Below, piece by piece: positions 15,001-22,136 of a stretch of 64,000 bases of DNA. The position numbers were made by a program, and so were the translations under genes. Position 1 is the stretch's first letter. Every line of letters begins with the position of its first letter. The notes under the pieces are model-generated. The model was not told where the DNA came from, did no database searches, and saw only the letters and a list, made by a program, of their open reading frames with translations. This DNA is from Candidatus Woesearchaeota archaeon (GTDB lineage: Archaea > Nanobdellota > Nanobdellia > Woesearchaeales > JABGUJ01), in assembly GCA_018646625.1 (NCBI GenBank), contig JABGUJ010000004.1, forward strand, positions 62,001 to 126,000, given 5' to 3'.

Positions 15001-18000
15001 TAATATTGTGTGGCGCAAATGGGTCGGTTTTAGACAATGTAACTGTACGAGGTGTTGGAAATAATATGTTATCTCTCAGATATGCTGACAATGTTGTTAT
15101 AGCTAATTCAACAATCTCGGATTGTTATAATGGTATTGTTCCTTATGTAAGTAATAATTTCACAATCATCAACAACACAATTTTTAATAATTCAGACGTG
15201 GGAATAGATCTGAACAATAATCACCGCAACTTCAGCATTTTACAGAACAACATTTCAAATAATGATGAGGGAATATTCATTAATGGTCAGCCAGGGAATT
15301 GTTCTATATCTGGAAACACAATATCGAACAACACATACGGTGTAAAAATATGGAAAGCCGCTGATTCTGTGTTAGGTTGTCTTATATCTAACAACACAAT
15401 TTCTGCTTCAACATCTCGGGCATTCGAGATATATACTTTAGGACAAAACATTTCAAACTATCAAATAATTGATAACGTAATTTACGCCGCGTCTAATGAT
15501 GGTATCAATTTTGTTGAAACAAGCAGCTATTACATAACAGATAACATTATTTCAGGAAACACAATACATAATGCAGATTCCGCAATCTATCTTGATAGAG
15601 ATACAATAAACAATGTATTTGATAACAACACAATCTACAACGCAGCCAACTATGCTGTTTACTTCTATGCTAGTGGAGGGGATCCTATAGGGAACACATT
15701 TAACAACTTGACAATATATCAAGATGATAACTTTATTTACACGTCTACGGCATTATCTGGAGAAAACAACTTCACAAACTTGAACATCTGTTACAACTCT
15801 TCAGGCTTGGGATGTATAACTTGGCCTTCACTAAACATTAGCAGCGCAGACCTTGATAATACAAACTTAAAATTAGCTCAAGACTTTGTATCCTTAAACT
15901 CATCAGACACTGGCGCAACACAATTCAACAGATCTGCAAACATAACAATCAACACATCAACTTGTGAAATAGATTACTTTATCGCATCAGGCTTCCCACA
16001 AACAAGAGCTGACATAATATCTTCGGAAACAATATTTACGCCTTCATATTCAACATGCGCAAATAACATATCAACATTCTCTGTAGATTCATTCTCTGGT
16101 TACACGGTACAAGAAGAATCTTGTGTGGATTTAAACAACGAATCAACATATTATGGCAGAGTTGTAAATTCATCAGGAGTATTCTATGTCAATGATGATG
16201 TAACTCTTTGTCCAGGAACATATAATACAACTGGAGATCTGATAGACATAAATGCTAGCAGTATAACTTTAGACTGTAATGGTGCAACACTTATGGGGGA
16301 CGGTGCAGGATCAGACACTGGTGTGGATATATCGGTTAAATCGAACGTTAATATATTGAACTGTATAATTACTAATTTTTCGAAAGGGCTGGAAATTTAT
16401 GTTGGGAGCGGTAACATCAGTAATAACACCATACATGAAAATACAGTACTGGACATAGATCTTTCTGTTAACTCAGGCGGAGGCTGCGTTCATAGCATAT
16501 ATAATAATACAGGATCAGGTGGCAGGGATATCTTATATGCCAACAGCCAAGTCACTTGGAGTAATCAAGTTGCATCTCAGATAATTCTTTGTAATGCTGA
16601 CGGGTCTTCTTTAACTAACATGACTGTTAGCGGTTCTGATACGCTTGATAATAATGAACTATATTCGAAATTTAGTGATAATTTATCGATTGTAAATTCC
16701 ACCTCGTCTGGAAATTATCGTGGCGCATATCTTCGTCAAGGAGACGAAATTACTGTGACGGGCAGCAACTTTAGCAATAATGATGGTTATGGGTTATACA
16801 TTTACCTTTCCAACAACATCACGGTAGATCAAAATAATATCTTTAATAATAGCGACGGACTGCATGCCAGATACTCAACAAACCTTACAGTAACTGCGAA
16901 TACGATAAGCCAGAATACCAATTCAATAAATGCACCTATAGATGTAAGTAATAGTCTAATTGCTCATAATTTTTTCTCTGGAGCATCAGGTAATGAAATA
17001 GCCACGGATGGGGGATATAATAACCAATTTATTAACAATTCCTTTTCCTCTGCTGGGTTAGCATTTTGGTTTACTGATTCCTATAACAACACTTTGGTAG
17101 ACAACACATTAACTGATGTGTCTTATGGATTTTACTTCAGGGGAATAACTAATAACAATACAATTAACAACACAATTATTTCGGGAGTGACCGAGTATGT
17201 GGCATTAACTTTCTACCAGTATGCTGGAGAATATCCTGTTAGAAATATATTTAACAATCTGACTATATATGGTGAAACCGATTTCATGTTAACTAGCGCA
17301 GTATTACCTTCGGAGAATAATTTCACAGATCTAAAGATCTGCTTAAATTCCTTAGAACTAGGATGCATAGAATGGCCATCCCTAAATATTACTTTTGCAG
17401 AATTAGATAACAACAACTTAATACTTAATCAAAGTTTTGTGTCATTAGATTCATCTAACGCCAGCGCGGCACAATTCAGTCAACCTGCTAACATTACAAT
17501 TAACACATCAACTTGTACGATTGATTACTACAATGCATCAGGTTTCCCTGAAAACAGAACGGAAGTTCTAGCATCAGGAACACAATTCACACCATCATAC
17601 ACATCATGTGCAAACAATATCTCAACATTCTCTGTAGATTCATTCTCGGGATATACTGTTTTCTTATCAGATTTACTTGATCCGGAAGTTAATTTAGTTT
17701 CTCCAGCAAATGAAACGGCAACAGGAGATTCATTACAAACATTTACTTGTAATATCATAGATAACCGAGCTATAGGAAACTTGTCATTATATTTATGGAA
17801 TCAATCTAATTCATTAATCTACAATCCAACTACAACTTTAACCGGAATAAGTAATGAAACGTCCTTCCTATACGATTTACCTACTGAAGGAAATTACACA
17901 TGGAACTGCTTAGGTTCTGACGCTGCAGGTAATGCTGTCTGGAGTGAACAAAACAATTACACAATATCTCTAACTAAATCATACATTGACAATTGTACAA

Positions 18001-21000
18001 CTTTAAGTTCGGAAGGTGTATACTATCTGAACGCATCAGTTAACTCAACAGGGACCTGTTTCACAATAACATCGAATAACGTTACCATAGATTGTGATGG
18101 ATATACAATTAATTATTCGACCAGTGGTGCAGGATTTGGTATAACATCTGACAATTATGATAATTTAGAAGCGAGAAGTTGTATCATAACTTCAACAGGA
18201 TTCTCAGCTGATGATAGTATTTACATAGCAAATGCAAACAACATAACGCTAAGATCCAACACCATTAATGTTACAACAAGCAATGTGGCAACTGCCATAT
18301 TATTTAGCTCAACAACAAATAGTCTAATAACCGGCAACAATCTATTTTCATTTGCAGAAGATGTCGTTGAATTAACGGGATCCTCTACTGGGAACACATT
18401 ATCAAACAACGTAATTATTGCCACCGGACTATACAACGATGCGGGAGTATCCATACTTGCTGCAAGTAATACGCTAACAGACAATAATATCACCGTCACT
18501 GCAGCCGGATCGACTAACAACCCGAGTGCAATAGAAGTTCAATCCGGGACGAATACATTTAACGGAAACAGAATAACAACTTACAACGATGACATATATG
18601 GTATATACTTTGCTAACGGCGCTGCAGATAATAACGATCTGAACAACAACGTTATACTAACGAACGGAAGCAACAGCTTCGGAATATATCTGCCATACTA
18701 TAATGCGAACAATGATTTCGTAGGTAACAACGTAACAACTTCTGGACAATACGCTTACGGTGTTTTCTTAGATGATAATTCTGACAGCAACCAGTTCAAC
18801 ACAACAACAATAATAACATCTGGAGATTATGGCCATGGTATTTATGTTAATAACTCGGACAGTAATGAATTCTTCAGCAACACAATAATTATGAACGGAA
18901 GATTTAGTGATGGGTTACATGCGAGATTCGGGGCTGATTCAAACACAATACAGGGTAATAACATTACTACATACAATACTTCTTCGGGATCTAATGGCAT
19001 TAACTTATATGCTTCAGGACTGGGTACGGGAATACAAGGAAATTCTATACTTGACAACGACATAACCACTTATGGGCCTTCTACTGATGGAATATATATA
19101 GGACGAACCAAAGGAAACGCTATTGAGAACAACAGAATAACCACTTTTGGAGTTCATAGTAATGCCATGTATATCGCAATCGCCGATCCGCACAATATAT
19201 CTTATAACAATTTCACTCCAAATTCGGGAATTGGTGTGAGGGTGCAAGGTGTAAGTTCGTTATACTATAATCACAGTCTTCCAATTACAAATAATGTGCA
19301 CGGGTTACCTCTGTTGTACAATACTTCTTTAGAAAACCAGATTATATTTGAAAATCAAGATTTATCTAGTACGTATGGGCAAATAACTTGTGCATCATGT
19401 ACTAATGTATCGTACTCTAATTTAACTCTGGCCGGAGCAGGAATTGCTTTATTTAGTTCATCCTATTCTGACGTAAGCGACATAACAGGAACTGTGGTAT
19501 CAAACGGATTATATCTATACGACTCGATTAATGTAACTTTGAATTCTTTGGATATTTCAATGACAGGCCAGAACGCTTATGGTGTGTATTTAGTAAGTTC
19601 GGATAATAATTCATTAATCAATACAAATGTTTTGGCTGACGGCGGTGCAATCAAATCATCTGCATCTGACGCAAATACTTTAACACTAAACAACTCTTAT
19701 GGTCAGATATCTTGGACAAAAAATGACCTTACAACAGATCAAAACATATCTCCAAGCACTACGTTCCTTGAGAGCAACAACTTAGGCTTACTAGATCACG
19801 CAGGGTTAGCAAATTTAAACAGTTTTGCAACCATCCAAATAAGACAACTATCAAGCGGTTTATCTCCTTACTTGCTAAAGAATGGAGTAAGATGTGATAA
19901 TACTTCTGCATGTAACATTTCTAGTTATGCGAATGGAGTTCTAACTGCAGAAGTTTCAAGCTTCAGTAATTATACAACCCAAAATGTCGTTGACTGCGGT
20001 ATTGTTGCATCCGACTACACATTAAATCAAAGCATATCCTCTGCAGGAACTTGCTTGAATGTAACTGCGAGCGACATCACAATAGACTGCGCAGGTAATT
20101 CAATAACTTACGGTACTTCTTCTGGTGCGAACAAATATGGTGTCTATGTGGGGAACTACAACAACGTTACTATACGGAATTGCCAAATCACTGAATCCGA
20201 TCAAGGTAACGAACCTACGCGTTATGCGGTATATTACAACGCAGCAGTATTACAGCTAAGTGGAACAATAACGAACAACACAATTTCTACAGTGTGGGGT
20301 GCTGGAATTTATTTATACGGACACGATTCTCTAAACATAAGTACTAATACCATAAGCTGTACTGGGAGCTGTGTCGGATTATATCTTAAATTTGGTTCAA
20401 ATAACTCTGAAATTGCAGACAACTCTATAACTTCGACAAACTGGTATGGTGTTGAGATTGAAGGTAGCTCTGCAGGAAACACATTCAGAAATAACGATAT
20501 CTCTGGTGGATCTAAAGCAATCTTTGATTTTACGGGCGGTCAAAACAATTTAGTTTATAGCAACGCATACGGTGAGATAACTTGGACAGACACGTCATTC
20601 CTTAACGAAATGGATATAGATGCAGATATCGGCTTAGGAACTAACCTATACATAGGAGAGAACATCGTAGCACTAAACACAACCGCATTTAGTGAATTAG
20701 GAATTAACTCAAGCGCAAACATAACAATGCGACAACTAGAACTAACAGACGTCTCAGCAATAAAAAGACTAGACAATTACAGTACGAGTGCAGCATACGT
20801 ACAAGCGAACGGCGCAGACTGCTTAGGCGGCACATGTGTAAATCTAAGTTTTGATAATGCAACAAAAGTACTGGTATTCAACACAACGAGCTTCAGCAGC
20901 TTCTCAGCAGAAGGTTCTGCAACGCCAGACACAACAGATCCTGTGATAAATCTTATTGGTCCACTGAATGCAACACCTTATGAGAACTTAGATCATACTT

Positions 21001-22121
21001 TCTCATGTAATATTACTGACAATATCGGGGTAGAGAATTTAACTCTATACATCTGGAACGGTTCAAATTTAATCTACAACACAACAAACACAACTATAAC
21101 AGGCACGCAAAACGAATCATCATTCCCTTACACATTACCAACTGCAATAAACTACACTTGGAACTGCTTAGGATTTGATAATTCAACTAACGGCGACTGG
21201 AGCCAACAAGGAAATTATACTTTAGAAATAGTTGAAATAACTGCAATAGATGCTCCTACTGCGTTATCCATCACAAACATAAACGATTCGGCATTGTACT
21301 TGAATTGGACTAACGTTACTGATGCAGATAGCTACACTGTGTACTACAGTACAAATGTAAGTCAAATATTAAACTTAAACACTAGCAACTTAGGTGACGC
21401 GGTAACAAATGTAACTGGAATATCAATACTAAATTGGACTGACACAAGTTCAGGTTCTGTAACTGAGAGATATTATAGAGTTGCTGCAATTAGATTAAGT
21501 AATGATAATGTAACAAATTCGACAGTTGGTAAATATGACATAGAGGTAGTTGAGGCGACGGGAATACCAGGAAGTGATGTGGATTTGAACCTAATATCTA
21601 TTCCTCTAATTCCTAACGATTATAGCATAAATACGATAATCAATCAGTCATCTAATAGTGACTTGATATATAGATACAACACAGATACGCAAAACTATCA
21701 AAGTACTCAGTTTTTTGCTGGCTTTGGCTGGTTTGGGGACTTTGATGAATTCGAGCCTGGCGTTGGATATGCCTTTAAACCTGTAGCTGCCTCTTACAAC
21801 TTTACAGTACTAGGTACGGTTCCTGCGGGGAATTTAACCGTAACAGTTAAAAACGCAACCGGTATTCCAGGTAGTGGAATTGATTTGAATCTTATAGGTT
21901 GGCACAGTCCAATAGCTAAGTGCGACTTGGGGTCGTTTATAACAGGTGCATCGGATAACGACATAATATATCGTTACAATACTCAAACTCAAAACTATCA
22001 AAGCACCCAGTACTTCGAAGGATTTGGTTGGTTTGGTGATTTTGATTGCTTAGAATCTGGGGTGGCTTACGAATTCAAACCAGTTTCGAGTGATTATGAT
22101 TATAGTTATGAAAGAACATGA
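3..22121 (+). CDS. Giant multi-domain cell-surface glycoprotein (>7370 aa, 5'-partial): carboxypeptidase-regulatory-like/Ig modules, NosD-like right-handed beta-helices, lectin/DOMON-like domains, Cys/Asp-rich metal-binding repeats, FN3-like and repeated C-terminal domain
   Basis: The frame is open from base 3 (YYENNTDASGYYTINNLPFGGY...), so the TTG at 201 in the ORF track is not the true start. It contains repeated YTLSGY..xNGTP modules, many Asn-rich beta-helix repeats, CTDFDGDG..DCNDYNVSIYPG..DGVDNNC and DNDGDGQTDCRDTDC motifs, and very dense N-x-S/T sequons. No C-terminal TM helix. Confidence 0.92.
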   Translation, partial: YYENNTDASGYYTINNLPFGGYRFDVESDDESIGSVSNDLDEIDSLVISENIELNASLPAGLFFNILTDKGSYALDDTAYVNITVYNYGEFDLHNWTIFTEGYAENDSNDETFFENLISEDVTILQGENISFNFSVFLNETAISSVTDAEVYISPVALKQNNSLVSISSGQDMDVAGIFWYDKQLNITEEPVCGYSGGDWNITTPINCSDEEIYVDGDITIVAGDLATTSFSAASTAAYDLRGNSTDIGENSELDLLANEAGYTDDWDQSGSGMDFYIAMNETSNRIQILVNLSPGAIYIIDLDQDASTGFVIEDGRGYDLWLGNMPDMGVYGVGVSNSTLEDEGDFGWFQNAEDGDVMNTSTSSDWNLNYTVYMNKSDDNFTIELIIDMYSTEEWADKTVFMAVFGEGDDSGYTTFMNSSLEEGGQLSLENITLEIEGNISADGTLIINNSEIEFQVIDNSTDFVCGSGSVVLINNSLIGANNSDFAFGFKSYSPSLTLQNTEFSSLIQDYDWGSEETSSGIHLEEGDALITNVTLTDFSGWNCFYVQSAGAVLSNLNTSENSCSLYLNGGGSYTVRDSHLSSLSLMNGPSNCLISNNKITYSLSVSSNGETADNIFVNNNLENARFFDISNTTNSNYLIYNNSFGEVSWYLSNLTINSSFGNTLNFSIGENVYVENNTIGLSDHSRFSNLNDSATLTFRGLFWESDTAEVCESGASCFDCNSTNNCTYNYDARVLVVNVTHFSNYTTNGTNVGPPSYTLSGYVKYLNGTPVYDIDVYLEHNFTYSEYYNTTDASGYYEIHNVPAGGYNYDVEPDNEEMGYSGVTTDFGDNEEYLEILEDIEVNASLYPDIIVTLMTNTDVYQLNATVFANVTVYNNGEYDILNWIPFSEAYIENDTYCCGELYESEGDNISLLSGQNLSYTLDVFLNSSIINQIESPEVYLESAAITLNNSLISVSTGQDLTVAGIFGAEIKINISEFGSNTLSGYARYLNGTPIDGAEVWMQNNISFISYEELTNATGYYEVTNLSGIGGYDVEIGRHRMGLAGASNWNLESDESDWLIISEDTELNSSHYSGLYINVTLNKEQYSLDSIVLVNIIIDNVGPYNLVNWTPTLYGYAEDDNTNDRYFYDVTGANLTLSSGQQFNFSFNFTINSTEMIGNGINLSEPFEVYAGCDLLKQNDSGFSVSNGQNLDQVYEFSNERLVNVTELPDLPDLPLLKFFDDFTGPTINDRYSVFNGGLNTSQNNVLIINGSPGKGGLYTNDFVDHSNHFTASAYVELINTSEIPGPYNESQLFLGFMDMNAFQMLSNCEIQIGADGSMQLEASNMGYGGNSENITSLNGTLTAHFDNETGYTHCSFEDAYANVTNGTSLDTENRFSIILIATNEDGPHYVEARYDTLNFSYPQPQGPPPEGPTYTLSGYLTFINGTPIESMGMEVQKGGQGQYQSNITNASGYYEITGLSEGNYTMYADYDLDFPGVGMIANDFEFNDWIIISEDTELNASIYGDVYFTFETDKETYSLNDTVYINVTINNSGNYDLIDMVPILEATVEENEGDRETEDLYLSMGNNITILTQGQQIVNYSFFLNSTTMGTLNTPYTVSANVLIVQNNNSLVSISNGQSFTGIVAGSEGIQMINMSEQEAPPAGGELYPFVPGDIEATDFASDNNGADAASDILEFYATDNGSMFFARFNVTDLSNLAICGGSYPEPANVTSYNIDVDNNGTGGYSGPGGLEDGDKRFGISIDDTPSITSYVLKYNGTDYVTDVISVVRYNYSCESDTIDLGMSYADLGTQEGKTVTLQPGITWQVGIELGLLDGLDSDINYTISSEAPSENISCTDFDGDGFNSSGLVGCGLQDCNDYNVSIYPGTEENCTDGVDNNCNWLVDSDDLVCGGQSYPDWSGIGFQKAPYAANGNGCHQVGEETSEGNSPGVNCPNNGDPAFDVAAVWVDQDYEFVYWKFASANITGAKFCGGTNEVRLYVEFNADDNMSTGSRNGIPNDGSYPGSDYQFKVNLDGYGEMWEYDRNGTYCNHTPDNQSCYDPINGSAGECYCFTYNSSMPVYVNITENPDGSCKHSKSEITVAVRKNTIMNITEMNFEANSFPATDVYNGGGPIDMHRGGDDFDQFFGAGQGEDPMACGQFSDNQSKCDDDGDEFFCRYNHGIQQCGPDPQNFDDCDEACFACSTENDCTNSEEGICEWDTDNPHIPEGQDGICREEIGFQDLGGSDCDNDCYGCFTENSCSNSLANGGGTGYGGCTWFVDAFNGDQFCEVFGVRMPECRNQASDSVGAWTGCTTQSACEDNGWYWDAPYRICSETSGSEICYDTIDNDGDGQTDCRDTDCYADFVCGGTIETITGDYATQNPFEVMDEFMQQGFDPAPPFVIGTDSVGETAIEYADITAISIKDGPKAIFFGTELLNVSELQMNDDMCQLNGTENIKIIDFLDIDDNETSGCNITINSQIYTGYEFTLRNDVSGGDILGSALKCINDTWRLVPIRLSSVKNAMCNTIPEVVLLVQKADIGNPTDTMEIHTVTMNTSWWNLSNLTVLDQYNEYYTPGSVDFEPIDCFAEPTRCGAFSLVGEGRSMPFEDCPEPGDYDLDGLEGCDDPDCSYLPSCSDNYNASEDNDASRVSMGTTEEFDVGASIVWSTNEPTNSSLLFFHNDSTCTEHNETLTEPLPQDFQILNPFKPWHSVMVDDYNLGYSLSTSTTYYYKLQDIDRADNVAQSKCLNFTTTSAPGIISILFNFTPTASNNVSVRINDQNITFGQVQEYNLTRDVNLTFYGPKNSSVLDNGWEITCVDADLVRAADLDLRDAMLINFSGDNNFLGMDIGLWNEITQKLGCEFIKVRIPEEGNDLLKCADNGTNCETVDDFSAELINYGGSGDTAYSLWRVNVNLGFSTYRSNQSTGDVNFTINATLFNESVDEGQDIEVQLNITNTDSRNLSIINVNGSFLAGYLDFTYSSDGMPSDYGQDGPTEWGYWDNVTDSVPLEPGQSYIINWTFNTSSGQNDIPIGALVDVIADDGNTSNVSTTVYVNVSSTYCGGAYSGSGDWTILNATTCSNENITVTGGLTISSQGDVPTTNFSTNSLSSYDARSNSSTISLSDIDLVADDTSYTDDWDDTTISEFYTRINGSEHIIQMYVDNNNLSYAYFIDVDSSSNSGVGLDKSETRGYDLFIGYFPDFNLTHVAVFNRSISPPNPEWPSGWFQNATNGMTVTADYDSGLTENYTVNFINDTSNYKYEVMINMTGAWTDKPVALFYGGPGDYPEYFTTFKNSELLDPMIGALTLNNVTLELSGNLDANANTNLTIQDSTIEFQMTDNESANLSAFDLNWLIINHSTISSNGSYYYTLEFEEIVNQKILNSNMSSMCVSSDGPQTCQLASSSNTVIYNNTFDDCGVGSLYLGGGSSNVNISYNNFLSTCSLYLTSSGADFTLEDSYFVGNTFNNGATARGCINCIIRDNNITSNGFSLSSTGSESGEPSVNCTLENNIISGSLSDYNSTGSNTLIYNNEYGQIVWSNKSNLSIGYIDGILGLIPGTTIFLENNLLGIQDRSQFTQINTTAQLSFYGLTWEGTAEVCESGASCFTCNSGNNCTYNSGTGVLTVNVTHFSNYSTNGTEPTYNMTGWVLAPNGSGRSGVSARIIHSVTSDADNTTTNGSGFFEFQNISSGLYEVRINKALPGLENLTTLVPGDIGGQDYFVNLTAGNQEVNATVYDIFVAMQTNSSTYNEDSNATVNVSVTNLGDVNLTNWIVSVYAEGTEDVDDDETTVNISAGETYNHTFTLFMNGTAIGEDTTLDFYAGTFKQDEFYNTSTETLTGENYIEDYVEVNITQAIPTASGNLSSFFDDFASGINTSFFGQSESNITIGEVSGQIYMNGSVQDTGVDEIGIFYTHQNMTGESFNVSVIINLTNTTSTAEGDYLIDSGIFLYNEADFSSSMGCVAAYAAFSPGNAMLGLQNGSIEGMPYTTSIPDSQGLLTLTYNASSGIFNCSLDGISLAETSDYFADTNYSLALYSRLGSVGAVDPNASLNVTFDDLNYTITPSEDPGASSCGNVSSNITLTENLFSNATCLTVAADDITIDCAGYTINYSRDMMQLGKGVDISNYNNITVKNCIFETAFDDMDVNYAIYLSNSTDSEIINNTVTGALPETSYYFIFLTAGSNDNLIANNSVSGSLMAGNGIYVQQSSENNTIQNNVVTLSDSRGISILNSNYNNILYNNLSTDPDTMDYDAIYLYNSNESTISFNNLYADANAMFLEGSALRLSDSHNNVIGENNLSASDDEAYSLYLDQGSSGNLFSNNFVSSTDRVIYDLAGAENTLLYNNSFGQINWTSTNLSTNITLQLHNTIFLEDNNLGLVDDSQALYLNGSAVISLHGLGYDSQPWLLKNGVRCDNTSSCNISDWAGNTLIANVSSFSNYTTTEDPSASGCGNISSDMTLTENLFSNATCLTVAADDITIDCAGYIINYSRDDMQLGKGVDISNYNNITVRNCIFESNEMDMDVNYAVYLSNSNDSQIINNTVIGSLPMMMGYYFVFLTAGSSDNLIANNSVSGSAMEGKGIYVQQGSENNTIQNNVITLSDSQGLSILNSNNNNLFYNNISTSAGASAYDAIYLYNSNESIISFNNLYADGMAMMMPGAALYLVNSHNNIIDENNLSASDEEVYSLYFTQGSSGNLFSNNFVSSTDRIIYDLADASNTLFYNNSFGQINWTSTNLTTNLTLQLHNTIFLEDNNLGLVDDSQALYLNGSAVISLHGLSYPTQPQLLKNGVQCDDLDICNISSWDGSTLIANVSSFSNYTTSEAPEVCVNLSDASTYQSKVVNTSDGYYINDSLTLCQDTYTTNITMIRINNSGITIDCNGATLQGDSSGSSDYGFYESNIDDYVLRNCITRNFSYGFILYGDNIVLDNISAYDAGVYGLLLGGENTTLTNSRSQDSGTDGLRISSSVGGVLVNNTLINSSRYDFVTSECPTLVFENNTGSGNRPINYTNSQVTWRDFESSLIILCGANGSVLDNVTVRGVGNNMLSLRYADNVVIANSTISDCYNGIVPYVSNNFTIINNTIFNNSDVGIDLNNNHRNFSILQNNISNNDEGIFINGQPGNCSISGNTISNNTYGVKIWKAADSVLGCLISNNTISASTSRAFEIYTLGQNISNYQIIDNVIYAASNDGINFVETSSYYITDNIISGNTIHNADSAIYLDRDTINNVFDNNTIYNAANYAVYFYASGGDPIGNTFNNLTIYQDDNFIYTSTALSGENNFTNLNICYNSSGLGCITWPSLNISSADLDNTNLKLAQDFVSLNSSDTGATQFNRSANITINTSTCEIDYFIASGFPQTRADIISSETIFTPSYSTCANNISTFSVDSFSGYTVQEESCVDLNNESTYYGRVVNSSGVFYVNDDVTLCPGTYNTTGDLIDINASSITLDCNGATLMGDGAGSDTGVDISVKSNVNILNCIITNFSKGLEIYVGSGNISNNTIHENTVLDIDLSVNSGGGCVHSIYNNTGSGGRDILYANSQVTWSNQVASQIILCNADGSSLTNMTVSGSDTLDNNELYSKFSDNLSIVNSTSSGNYRGAYLRQGDEITVTGSNFSNNDGYGLYIYLSNNITVDQNNIFNNSDGLHARYSTNLTVTANTISQNTNSINAPIDVSNSLIAHNFFSGASGNEIATDGGYNNQFINNSFSSAGLAFWFTDSYNNTLVDNTLTDVSYGFYFRGITNNNTINNTIISGVTEYVALTFYQYAGEYPVRNIFNNLTIYGETDFMLTSAVLPSENNFTDLKICLNSLELGCIEWPSLNITFAELDNNNLILNQSFVSLDSSNASAAQFSQPANITINTSTCTIDYYNASGFPENRTEVLASGTQFTPSYTSCANNISTFSVDSFSGYTVFLSDLLDPEVNLVSPANETATGDSLQTFTCNIIDNRAIGNLSLYLWNQSNSLIYNPTTTLTGISNETSFLYDLPTEGNYTWNCLGSDAAGNAVWSEQNNYTISLTKSYIDNCTTLSSEGVYYLNASVNSTGTCFTITSNNVTIDCDGYTINYSTSGAGFGITSDNYDNLEARSCIITSTGFSADDSIYIANANNITLRSNTINVTTSNVATAILFSSTTNSLITGNNLFSFAEDVVELTGSSTGNTLSNNVIIATGLYNDAGVSILAASNTLTDNNITVTAAGSTNNPSAIEVQSGTNTFNGNRITTYNDDIYGIYFANGAADNNDLNNNVILTNGSNSFGIYLPYYNANNDFVGNNVTTSGQYAYGVFLDDNSDSNQFNTTTIITSGDYGHGIYVNNSDSNEFFSNTIIMNGRFSDGLHARFGADSNTIQGNNITTYNTSSGSNGINLYASGLGTGIQGNSILDNDITTYGPSTDGIYIGRTKGNAIENNRITTFGVHSNAMYIAIADPHNISYNNFTPNSGIGVRVQGVSSLYYNHSLPITNNVHGLPLLYNTSLENQIIFENQDLSSTYGQITCASCTNVSYSNLTLAGAGIALFSSSYSDVSDITGTVVSNGLYLYDSINVTLNSLDISMTGQNAYGVYLVSSDNNSLINTNVLADGGAIKSSASDANTLTLNNSYGQISWTKNDLTTDQNISPSTTFLESNNLGLLDHAGLANLNSFATIQIRQLSSGLSPYLLKNGVRCDNTSACNISSYANGVLTAEVSSFSNYTTQNVVDCGIVASDYTLNQSISSAGTCLNVTASDITIDCAGNSITYGTSSGANKYGVYVGNYNNVTIRNCQITESDQGNEPTRYAVYYNAAVLQLSGTITNNTISTVWGAGIYLYGHDSLNISTNTISCTGSCVGLYLKFGSNNSEIADNSITSTNWYGVEIEGSSAGNTFRNNDISGGSKAIFDFTGGQNNLVYSNAYGEITWTDTSFLNEMDIDADIGLGTNLYIGENIVALNTTAFSELGINSSANITMRQLELTDVSAIKRLDNYSTSAAYVQANGADCLGGTCVNLSFDNATKVLVFNTTSFSSFSAEGSATPDTTDPVINLIGPLNATPYENLDHTFSCNITDNIGVENLTLYIWNGSNLIYNTTNTTITGTQNESSFPYTLPTAINYTWNCLGFDNSTNGDWSQQGNYTLEIVEITAIDAPTALSITNINDSALYLNWTNVTDADSYTVYYSTNVSQILNLNTSNLGDAVTNVTGISILNWTDTSSGSVTERYYRVAAIRLSNDNVTNSTVGKYDIEVVEATGIPGSDVDLNLISIPLIPNDYSINTIINQSSNSDLIYRYNTDTQNYQSTQFFAGFGWFGDFDEFEPGVGYAFKPVAASYNFTVLGTVPAGNLTVTVKNATGIPGSGIDLNLIGWHSPIAKCDLGSFITGASDNDIIYRYNTQTQNYQSTQYFEGFGWFGDFDCLESGVAYEFKPVSSDYDYSYERT
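12135..14400 (+). repeat. Intragenic tandem duplication, two ~1.13-kb copies (12135-13265; 13266-~14400) encoding ~377-aa beta-helix + xFS-domain modules
   Basis: Both copies begin gaagatcca..gcttc..gttgcggaaac.tatcttct and share long identical DNA stretches such as ttacaactacacaatacaatattcctagaagataataacttaggattggtagatgactcacaagccttatacttgaatggctc. Confidence 0.95.
21255..22121 (+). repeat. Copy 1 of an 867-nt C-terminal cassette shared with the 3989-aa gene (FN3-like domain plus two LNLI..GFGWFGDFD repeats)
   Basis: Colinear with 39333-40199 from cctactgcgttat.catcacaaacataaacgattcggcattgtacttgaattggac to the stop codon; same length. Confidence 0.95.
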
Positions 22122-22136
22122 AAGAGGTGAAGTAGT